A stretch of 64,000 bases of DNA, taken from the NCBI GenBank assembly GCA_964443125.1, contig CAYUBL010000002.1, forward strand, positions 35,243 to 99,242. The letters run 5' to 3'. The position numbers and the translations under genes are program-made. Source of the DNA: an uncultured Candidatus Saccharibacteria bacterium. Its GTDB lineage: Bacteria; Patescibacteriota; Andersenbacteria; UBA10190. The notes beneath the pieces are model-generated. The model was given only the letters and a program-made list of their open reading frames with translations, had not been told where the DNA came from and did not search any database. This document shows, piece after piece, positions 56,602 through 64,000 of the stretch (positions are counted from its first letter, which is position 1; each line of letters begins with the position of its first letter).

Positions 56602-58746
56602 TTATTGGCCTTCTGCAAGCGATACTGATAGTACCCGCGTGCCGACCAGGAGGTAGACGGCGCTCTCGTCTTCGGCGACCGCAATATCAGCAATCGGCAG
56701 CGATTCTTCCAAGAAGAGCTGCCGTACCAGCGCGCCTTTTTTAGTATAGATGACGATTCGTTTGTTGGAGGGATCCAGCACATAGAGGTTGCTCATGGTG
56801 TCGGAGGTCATAATCTTGCTTGCCGAGGACAGGGAAGGATCCACGGTATCCTGGACGAAATCAGCAGCCTCTCCGCGGAACAGGCGGGCAATTGTTCCAT
56901 TTTTGGAAAGCGAATAAATGCTCCCGTCAATTGCGATGCTGGTAATAGGCGTGTTCTTTGCCGCCTCATCGGTAATCCATAGCGAGCCCCCGGTAAATCC
57001 TCGCAGCGTTTTGTTGAACGAAAGGATGTTTTTCAATTCGCTGTCATAGATATACAAGCGGTTACCGAATACGGAAATCGCTTCCATTGCAGGATTCTCG
57101 GATGGATAGTCGATGGTCTGCGCCGAGAGTGTCGCGTCTTTCGCGTCGAAAATCGCAAGGCCGTTCGCGTCGGTTCGGAAGGTGATAGTCTTGTCGGAAG
57201 GCTGCGCGCTTCCGTCGGTGATAAGTCCGATGCCGGACGTAGTGGATCGGACGGTGGAAACGGCGCCATCCAAGCCCATTTTTAGAATGGCATTCGTATC
57301 CGGGCTGGCGCCATATATCGCGTTATCAATGAGGAATATTTTCCGAGGCGCTTTTTGGGATGGCTCTGAAGCAAAATCTCCGATGGTTTTCGTGTTTGCC
57401 GCATTGCTCCTGAATATTTTCTGCAGGCGATCTTGCTGTTCCCGGATTCCCGCAAGCAGCACGGTAGTTTCTTGTTCATATAAATCGCCTCCTTGGAGCC
57501 CTTGGGCAATCGTCTTTGCCTCTCCGAGCAGCTTCGTTGCTTGTTCCCGGTTGTCATAAATGAGGGCCGTCTTTGCCGCATCGAGTTTGGTCTGGGCTTG
57601 ATGAAGGCTCTGGCTAGCGAGTTCGATTGCCTGGTCGGATGCCCGCTTGCTGCGCAGCATGAGCAAGCTGATGCCGAGCGCAACGAGGAGCAAAATGGCG
57701 ATGCCCGCAAAGATTTTACTCGATCGCGGCAGGGAAAACGCCCATGCGAGCGCCCGCCTCCAGGAAGGTTTGGGCAGGCGAATGGAAACGGTAGGGATTT
57801 TTTTGACCGCTCCGGTAGATCCTCGTTTTACTGCCGGGACGACGGAACGCTTCAGTAAGGATATACCATACGAGAATATCGACACTGCCAGCAGGACGAT
57901 TTGCTTTGCCCATGACCGTTTGACGATGAGTGCTTTTCTCGGTTCCAGCTTCGCCGGAGCCGTCGCATATGTTTTGCGGGCGGGGGAAGAAGCTTCTTGT
58001 TTCGGTTCGGATATGTATTGCGGCAGCAGTGCGACAATTGTAAGAGCGAGCGGTGCACGATGACCTTGGTCCAGATACAGCTGTTCCAGCCGCGCGGCGA
58101 TGGTGGATGCCGAATGCTCAAGCGCGAAGTGGCCCACGTCCACTGATCGGAAAATGGAATCGAACGTGGAAGAAGTGAAGAAGATGGTATCGCGAGCGGC
58201 GACTTCTCCGCTTGCAACTTGCGAGAATGTTTTGAGCGGATCGGTGATGGGAAAGTGGGAAATACCCTGGGAAATATTTGTTACCGTACCTTTGCGAGAC
58301 ATAAATACCGCGCCGGCGCCTGCAACGCTCAAGTGAAGGTGGTTTTTCGCGAGCACGCCAACGGCAACGTGAAAGTGCCCCATCCAGTCCCGAACACCGG
58401 ACTCCGCGGAATCGTACAGAATGAGGTTTGCTTGATGGAGCGCCATTTCAAAGCTTGTGGCGCTCGATCGGTCTGTTTCGCGGTAGTATTCCCGTTGGAT
58501 AGCGGTAATAACGGTGTCCAGCAGCTGTTTCCCGATGCCGCCTCTATCTTGCGTTTCGCCCGCCGCGAACAAAAAGCCAAGCTTCTCTTCTTCCGGAGAA
58601 GGTTCAAACAGGTACGTTTCGCACGTGAGAGAAGGGTCTTTGCAGAGGATGAGTTCCTCAGCGGAGGGTACGACAAGCTCCTGTTTCATAGGGGGAAGTA
58701 TAGCATGAAATGAAGCTATTGCGTCTTGCCCCGTTGGGGCGTACAC
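56602..58746 (-). CDS. Large membrane protein: N-terminal PP2C-like domain with degenerate catalytic residues, one TM, C-terminal beta-rich ectodomain
   Basis: FLFAAGETQDRGG and LHLSVAGAGAVFMSRKG resemble PP2C motifs but the metal-binding Asp residues are replaced. Apparent GTG start. Confidence 0.4.
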   Translation of the reverse strand: MYAPTGQDAIASFHAILPPMKQELVVPSAEELILCKDPSLTCETYLFEPSPEEEKLGFLFAAGETQDRGGIGKQLLDTVITAIQREYYRETDRSSATSFEMALHQANLILYDSAESGVRDWMGHFHVAVGVLAKNHLHLSVAGAGAVFMSRKGTVTNISQGISHFPITDPLKTFSQVASGEVAARDTIFFTSSTFDSIFRSVDVGHFALEHSASTIAARLEQLYLDQGHRAPLALTIVALLPQYISEPKQEASSPARKTYATAPAKLEPRKALIVKRSWAKQIVLLAVSIFSYGISLLKRSVVPAVKRGSTGAVKKIPTVSIRLPKPSWRRALAWAFSLPRSSKIFAGIAILLLVALGISLLMLRSKRASDQAIELASQSLHQAQTKLDAAKTALIYDNREQATKLLGEAKTIAQGLQGGDLYEQETTVLLAGIREQQDRLQKIFRSNAANTKTIGDFASEPSQKAPRKIFLIDNAIYGASPDTNAILKMGLDGAVSTVRSTTSGIGLITDGSAQPSDKTITFRTDANGLAIFDAKDATLSAQTIDYPSENPAMEAISVFGNRLYIYDSELKNILSFNKTLRGFTGGSLWITDEAAKNTPITSIAIDGSIYSLSKNGTIARLFRGEAADFVQDTVDPSLSSASKIMTSDTMSNLYVLDPSNKRIVIYTKKGALVRQLFLEESLPIADIAVAEDESAVYLLVGTRVLSVSLAEGQ

Positions 58747-58764
58747 TCGAAGTATTCGATATAT

Positions 58765-59403
58765 ATGCCACAGAAGCCATTTCCCCTGGAAAAGATTTTC
58801 GGATCCCGGACACGGGTGAAAATTATCACGTTGTTTACGACCGGAGTAAAGCGGCCGTATTTTGTGCGCGAAATTACGCGAACAGTCAACGAGCGGCTCA
58901 ATGCCGTACGGCGCGAACTGCAGATTTTGGAGAAGATCGGCATGCTGGCAACGTATGAGGAGCGACGCCGCAAGTATTACGTGGTGGACGAATCGTTTCC
59001 TTTGTTGAAGGAATTATCTTCCATCATGCAAAAATCCGGTCCGGGCGTGGAGGATGTGCTGTTCAAGGATATCGATACGATCGGCAATGTAATGTATGCA
59101 TGCGTTACGGGGTATTTTACCGGAAACCAAAATGCTCCCACCGATTTGTTTATCGTAGGCGATGTCCAGGAGAAAAAGCTGGAGCAATTCGCAAAGAATA
59201 TCGAAGACCAGATTGATCGAGAAATCAGCTATACGCCGATGACGTTTAACGAATACCAGTATCGCTTGAATTTCAGCGATTTGTTTTTACGGCAGATTTT
59301 CCAAGGCTCGTATAAAGAAATTATCAACAATCTCCCGGCGAATATGCGACCGAAGGAGGTTATGAACCAAAAATCCAAGAACATCATCCGTACGGCGGCA
59401 TAA
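58765..59403 (+). CDS. Hypothetical winged-helix DNA-binding protein
   Basis: N-terminal wHTH-like segment. Start placed at the second Met to clear the divergent gene. Confidence 0.45.
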   Translation: MPQKPFPLEKIFGSRTRVKIITLFTTGVKRPYFVREITRTVNERLNAVRRELQILEKIGMLATYEERRRKYYVVDESFPLLKELSSIMQKSGPGVEDVLFKDIDTIGNVMYACVTGYFTGNQNAPTDLFIVGDVQEKKLEQFAKNIEDQIDREISYTPMTFNEYQYRLNFSDLFLRQIFQGSYKEIINNLPANMRPKEVMNQKSKNIIRTAA

Positions 59404-59524
59404 TTTGGCTCAATAGAGCACAATAAAAAGTCTAATACTTGACAATATCTCAGTATAAGAGTATATTACTGTTATTCTGTTTTGGCACGACCATTGAAAG
59501 CTTTTCTTATAAGGAGAAAAAGAG

Positions 59525-59950
59525 ATGCGGCAGATTCTTGCTTGTTTGATGGCGGCGTTCGTTTTTCTCATGGCCACCTGGTGGACGGGCTTTAAGCCCG
59601 TTCCGGAACCACCCGCGTACGTTCCGCCGCCAACGAAGGCGGAACGCTGGCGGGCAGAGGAAACCCGCCGTCTCCGAGAAATCGGAGACGACCTGGAGAG
59701 CTTGAGCCGTCGGCTCAAGCGGGATCGAGAGGAGTCGGATCGCGAGATCCGGCAAATCGAGGCCGAGTGGCGGAAGCTCGACCTCGAGTACGAAGTTGAG
59801 CGGCTCCGCCCGCCGACAGCGGAAGAGCGGAGGCAAAACCTCCGCAAGCTCGACAAACTTTGGGAGGATCGAGTAGGTCCTTCCAAAGAAGAAAAACCGG
59901 AGCAGCCGCACAGGCGGCTTGTGCCCCGGCAGGGAGACAAGTTCGCGTAG
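59525..59950 (+). CDS. Membrane-anchored coiled-coil protein (hypothetical)
   Basis: AAGGAGAAAAAGAG upstream. One TM, then a charged helical region. Confidence 0.5.
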   Translation: MRQILACLMAAFVFLMATWWTGFKPVPEPPAYVPPPTKAERWRAEETRRLREIGDDLESLSRRLKRDREESDREIRQIEAEWRKLDLEYEVERLRPPTAEERRQNLRKLDKLWEDRVGPSKEEKPEQPHRRLVPRQGDKFA

Positions 59951-60064
59951 TGAAACTGCGCGAACGCACATTCACAAGACCTAGTTACACATTGTTGTGA
60001 CCGGGTCTTTTTTATTGATGCTTGCACCGCATAGCCCTTTAGGGCGACGTGGTGTGCATAAATC

Positions 60065-60153
60065 GTGGGTTGCAGGTATTGCGCCAGGGAAGGGAGAGGA
60101 GTATCGTGGGTAATACGTGGATAACTGTGGGGAAAAGTGGAGAGCAACTGTGG
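60065..60153 (+). promoter_or_regulatory. Array of GTGG(G) direct repeats at ~10-bp spacing upstream of mraZ (putative MraZ operator)
   Basis: GTGGG/GTGG at 60065, 60106, 60117, 60127, 60137 and 60150, ending 60 nt before the mraZ ATG. Confidence 0.55.
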
Positions 60154-60211
60154 AGAACCCATAAGAATGCACGTATAGCAGGGTTCTTTACCAAGTAAGA
60201 AACCAACGCTT

Positions 60212-60643
60212 ATGTTTATCGGACAGTACAATCACACGATTGATGAAAAGGGGCGCATGAATGTGCCCGCAAAATTCCGTCGTGAGGTTTCAGAAGGCGT
60301 CGTGGTCACACGAGGACTCGATCGCTGCCTGTTTGTCTATCCGAAATCAGAGTGGGAGGAGATGGCAAGAAAGCTCGCAAGTCTTCCGATTAGCCAGAAG
60401 AGCAGCCGTGCGTTTGCGCGATTGATGCTCGCAGGCGCATGGGAAAGCCATATAGACAGCCAGGGAAGGATTATGCTTCCCGAATATCTGCGAACGTATG
60501 CGGGGATTACCAAGCATGCGGTAGTTGCAGGGCTCTTCAACCGGGTGGAAATCTGGGACGAAGATGCATGGCAGGAATATCAGGCGGCAACGGAGAATGA
60601 GAGCGACTCGATTGCAGAAAGCATGCGCGAACTCGGGATATGA
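60212..60643 (+). CDS. mraZ: Transcriptional regulator MraZ
   Basis: MFIGQYNHTIDEKGRMNVPAKFR, with two DXXXR-type half-domains. Confidence 0.9.
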   Translation: MFIGQYNHTIDEKGRMNVPAKFRREVSEGVVVTRGLDRCLFVYPKSEWEEMARKLASLPISQKSSRAFARLMLAGAWESHIDSQGRIMLPEYLRTYAGITKHAVVAGLFNRVEIWDEDAWQEYQAATENESDSIAESMRELGI

Positions 60644-61608
60644 CGGAGCATATTCCGGTACTGGTGCGGGAAGTAATTGAGCTGCTTGATCCCAAGGATG
60701 GCGATGTATTGCTTGATGCAACGCTCGGCCATGGAGGACATGCAAAGGCGTTTCTCGACGCTGCAGGTCCCGCGGCGCGCGTGGTCGGTATCGATGCCGA
60801 TGAAGCGGCGCTTGCCGTTGCAAGGAAAACCTTGGCGGCCTATGGCGATCGCGTACGCTACATCCAGGGGAACTTCGCAGCATTGCCGGAAGGCACATTC
60901 CATGCGGCACTGTTCGATCTGGGGATTGGAAGCCACCAAATCGCAGATCCGAAGAGAGGATTTTCATTCTCTTCCGATGGACCGCTTGCGATGCGGTACG
61001 GACAAGAGGAAGTGCTTCCTTCATCCTGGATTCCCGCCATCAACGAGCTGACGCAGCAGCTTGGCCATTATCCCGACGCTCATGAGCTGCTTGATCTGCT
61101 CTCTCCCATTGCGATTGCCGACATGGTGCGCATCTATGGGGAAGAGCGGTACGCGGGAGTGGTGGCGAATGCCATTGTCCAGCATCGTCCGTTCAAGACG
61201 GCGAAAGAGTTGTCTCGCGCCATTGAGGATGCGGTTCCAAAGTCATACGAGAAGGGAAGAATCCATCCGGCGACGCGGACATTCCAGGCGCTTCGGATTG
61301 CGGTAAACAGAGAGTTGGAAGTATTGGAGGCGGCACTGCCCCAGGCGGTATCGCATCTGGTATCCGGAGGAGTTATTGCGGTCATCAGTTTCCATAGTTT
61401 GGAAGATCGTATTGTAAAGCGATACTTCCGCGAAGCATCCAAAGACTGCATTTGCCCGCCGGAACAAGCCATATGCACCTGCGACCATGTGCAGACGCTC
61501 GAAATTCTTACGAAGCGTCCTATCACGGCCGCGGAAGAAGAAGTGCGGGAAAACCCCAGAAGCAGAAGCGCAAAGCTCCGGGGCGCTCGCAAGCTTCGCC
61601 CCGGGTAG
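60640..61608 (+). CDS. rsmH: 16S rRNA (cytosine1402-N4)-methyltransferase
   Basis: DATLGHGGHA ... FHSLEDRIVK. Confidence 0.9.
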   Translation: MTEHIPVLVREVIELLDPKDGDVLLDATLGHGGHAKAFLDAAGPAARVVGIDADEAALAVARKTLAAYGDRVRYIQGNFAALPEGTFHAALFDLGIGSHQIADPKRGFSFSSDGPLAMRYGQEEVLPSSWIPAINELTQQLGHYPDAHELLDLLSPIAIADMVRIYGEERYAGVVANAIVQHRPFKTAKELSRAIEDAVPKSYEKGRIHPATRTFQALRIAVNRELEVLEAALPQAVSHLVSGGVIAVISFHSLEDRIVKRYFREASKDCICPPEQAICTCDHVQTLEILTKRPITAAEEEVRENPRSRSAKLRGARKLRPG

Positions 61609-61671
61609 GCAAACGCCCATCCCCCTTACGCCAAGAAGATTAAAAGAAACACTTAACACGTACACAAATAT

Positions 61672-62052
61672 ATGACACCAAAAATCACCCAGCATGTTGC
61701 GCCTCGAAATGTTCGCAGGCCCGTTATGATAAGCCGAAGCAATCGAGGAGCAATTAATCATACGACCGCAGCACTCGTATTCGGAATTGCGGCGGTTGCG
61801 ATTGTCGGTATGCTCGGGTTCTTTTATTTACAGCAAGTCGTGCAAACGGCGTCCCAGGGCACGGACATCCATCAACTGGAGGCGACGCTCACGGATCTGA
61901 AAGAGCAGCAGCGCGTATTGGAACTCAAAGGGGCCGAGCTGCGTTCCCTGCAGAACGTAGAGCAGGATGTTGAGAATATGAATCTTGTGCCGACCGATAA
62001 AGTGTCATATCTTGCTCCAGTGGACGATCGGGTTGCGTTTTTGGATAAATGA
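61672..62052 (+). CDS. ftsL: Cell-division protein FtsL-like (bitopic, coiled coil)
   Basis: 126 aa with one TM and a leucine-rich helix, sited between rsmH and ftsI. Confidence 0.55.
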   Translation: MTPKITQHVAPRNVRRPVMISRSNRGAINHTTAALVFGIAAVAIVGMLGFFYLQQVVQTASQGTDIHQLEATLTDLKEQQRVLELKGAELRSLQNVEQDVENMNLVPTDKVSYLAPVDDRVAFLDK

Positions 62053-63959
62053 AACATGTACGAGACGCGCGCATCAGCATTCTTGCCGTAGGAGCATATA
62101 TTCTCTTCGGCATTATTGTCCTGCGGCTGTTCGACTTGCAGATTGTCGATAACGGCCATTTTGAAAACGTGGCGCAGGCGCAGCGCAAGCGGGCGTCCGA
62201 ACTTCTCCCACATCGCGGAACGATTTACGTGCAAGAAGGAAAGGGCGGCGATATTTTTCCGATTGCCAGCAATACGAAGGCGTGGATCGCATATGCCGTG
62301 CCGAGGGACATGGAGAATCCGCAGCTGGTAGCCGATGCCTTGGCGCCGGCATTGGTCGCATTCCGCGATCGCCAGGCGGAGAAAATTCAATCAATCATTC
62401 AGCAAACGGGGCAGAACAATGCGGAGAAAATTGCGGCAATTACGGCGCCCCCATCAGAAGAAGAGCCATCTCCGTCACCCGAGGTAACCCCTACGCCGCA
62501 GGAGCGTACGGCACAAAATGCCCGCGAACTATTTGAGAAGTTTAATCAGCGAGCCGATCCGTATGAGCCCATTTTGAAGCCGCATGAAGTGCTCGATGAT
62601 GAATTTTTGGCATTCTTGCAGGAAAAGAACCTGGAAGGAATCGTGCTGGAAGAGCAGGAAATCCGGACATATCCGGAAGGGTCGCTTGCCGCGCATCTCT
62701 TGGGGTACGTAGGGTTCGATGATGCAAAACGGGTAGGGCGTTCGGGGGTGGAAGGATTTTTTGACGCCATGTTGCGGGGGGATTTTGGGTTTCTATCAGG
62801 AGAACGAGATGCCGGAGGGAAGCTGATCGGCGTTGCAGACAACGAATTCCGCGCGGCAGAGGATGGATCCGATGTGGTACTGACGATTGACCGGGTGGTC
62901 CAGACGTTCGCAGAGCAGGAGCTGAAATCCGGAGTGGAGCGCTACCTGGCGGAGCGGGGCAGTATTGTGGTGATGAATCCAAAGACGGGAGCAATTCTCG
63001 CAATGGCGACGTATCCTACGTTTGATCCGAATTTTTACTATGCGGTAACTGACGGCCGCATTCAGACCAACCCGATCGTATCTGATAATTTCGAGCCGGG
63101 GTCCATTTTGAAGCCGGTCGTTATGGCAGGCGCCATTAACGATGGGATTGTTACTCCTCATACGACCTTCGTGGATAACGGGCCGGTGAAAGTCGATAAA
63201 TTCACCATCAATACGTTCGATGGCAAGCATTTGGGCGTACAAACCATGACGCAAGCGCTTGAACAGTCGAACAACATCGGAATGGTATGGCTGGCGCAGA
63301 AGATGGGCGCAGAAAACATGTATGACTACCTGCGCCGGTTCGGGCTAGGCGAACGGACGGGAATAGAGCTGGATGGAGAAACGCAAACCAACCTGCCAGA
63401 GCCGCAGAAATGGAATGTTGCAACCGTGGCAACCATCGGGTTCGGCCAAGGAGTTGCCATGACGCCGCTGCAAGCGCTCGACGCCATCAATGTGATTGCC
63501 AATGGAGGTACGCTTGTGCAGCCGTATCTGGTATCCGAGGTGCGCCACCCGTCCGGAGAGGTGGAAAAGACGCAGGTAAAAACGGTCCGCCGCGTAATTT
63601 CCGAGGAAACCGCGGACACGGTTTCCGCTATGATGGTATCCGTTATCGAAAACGGAGTGGCAACGCTCGCGCGCGTACCCGGCTATTACCTTGCCGGAAA
63701 GACAGGAACGGCGCAGGTGGCGGACGAAACGGGGCAATATTCCAAAGATAAGAAAATTATTACATTCGCGGGGTTCGGACCCGTACCGGATCCGGAATTC
63801 TCCATTCTCATCAAACTGGATAATCCGTACGGACTTTCCTTTGCATCTGGAACGGCGGCGCCGATGTTTAAAAACTTGTCGGAAAAACTGCTGACATACT
63901 TCCAGGTTCCTCCTGCGTATAACGCATCGGAGCGCCAGCCAAGATTTTCGGTGGAGTAA
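62049..63959 (+). CDS. ftsI: Peptidoglycan D,D-transpeptidase (class B PBP, FtsI-like)
   Basis: N-terminal TM and dimerisation domain. Transpeptidase motifs TYPTFDPN, SNNIGM, KTGTAQ. Confidence 0.9.
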   Translation: MKHVRDARISILAVGAYILFGIIVLRLFDLQIVDNGHFENVAQAQRKRASELLPHRGTIYVQEGKGGDIFPIASNTKAWIAYAVPRDMENPQLVADALAPALVAFRDRQAEKIQSIIQQTGQNNAEKIAAITAPPSEEEPSPSPEVTPTPQERTAQNARELFEKFNQRADPYEPILKPHEVLDDEFLAFLQEKNLEGIVLEEQEIRTYPEGSLAAHLLGYVGFDDAKRVGRSGVEGFFDAMLRGDFGFLSGERDAGGKLIGVADNEFRAAEDGSDVVLTIDRVVQTFAEQELKSGVERYLAERGSIVVMNPKTGAILAMATYPTFDPNFYYAVTDGRIQTNPIVSDNFEPGSILKPVVMAGAINDGIVTPHTTFVDNGPVKVDKFTINTFDGKHLGVQTMTQALEQSNNIGMVWLAQKMGAENMYDYLRRFGLGERTGIELDGETQTNLPEPQKWNVATVATIGFGQGVAMTPLQALDAINVIANGGTLVQPYLVSEVRHPSGEVEKTQVKTVRRVISEETADTVSAMMVSVIENGVATLARVPGYYLAGKTGTAQVADETGQYSKDKKIITFAGFGPVPDPEFSILIKLDNPYGLSFASGTAAPMFKNLSEKLLTYFQVPPAYNASERQPRFSVE

Positions 63960-64000
63960 CCGCCTATCGCCCTCTCCCTTCGTCCCGCATCAGCGGGACT

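Overview
This 64-kb window is dense bacterial chromosome, about 55% GC, dominated by translation and cell-envelope housekeeping genes. Many proteins are reduced, which is compatible with a small-genome (CPR/Patescibacteria-like) lineage; that is inference only. Core genes, left to right, include:
- tRNA-Met and tRNA-Asp, then pheS, pheT and gyrB.
- secE, nusG, rplK and rplA, followed directly by a nucleotide-metabolism block (tmk, a tmk-like paralog, a HAD hydrolase, dut, dcd).
- gatB, miaA, bcp, a catalytic-core-only thrS and dnaE.
- A SEDS-family (RodA/FtsW) gene, rplY, prmC, prfA and rpmE.
- rpsB, tsf, manC-like, mltG, rplJ and rplL.
- The start of the division/cell-wall cluster: mraZ, rsmH, ftsL, ftsI.

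Five more tRNAs are present: Tyr, Thr(TGT), Thr(GGT), Trp, plus an unlisted rpmG (55 codons).

The most unusual element is a tRNA-Tyr with archaeal/eukaryal identity features (C1:G72, A73, short variable arm). It sits next to a TyrRS whose motifs match the archaeal/eukaryal enzyme. Other accessory content is listed as separate findings.

No CRISPR array, rRNA or classical mobile element was seen. TGA, TAA and TAG all act as stops.
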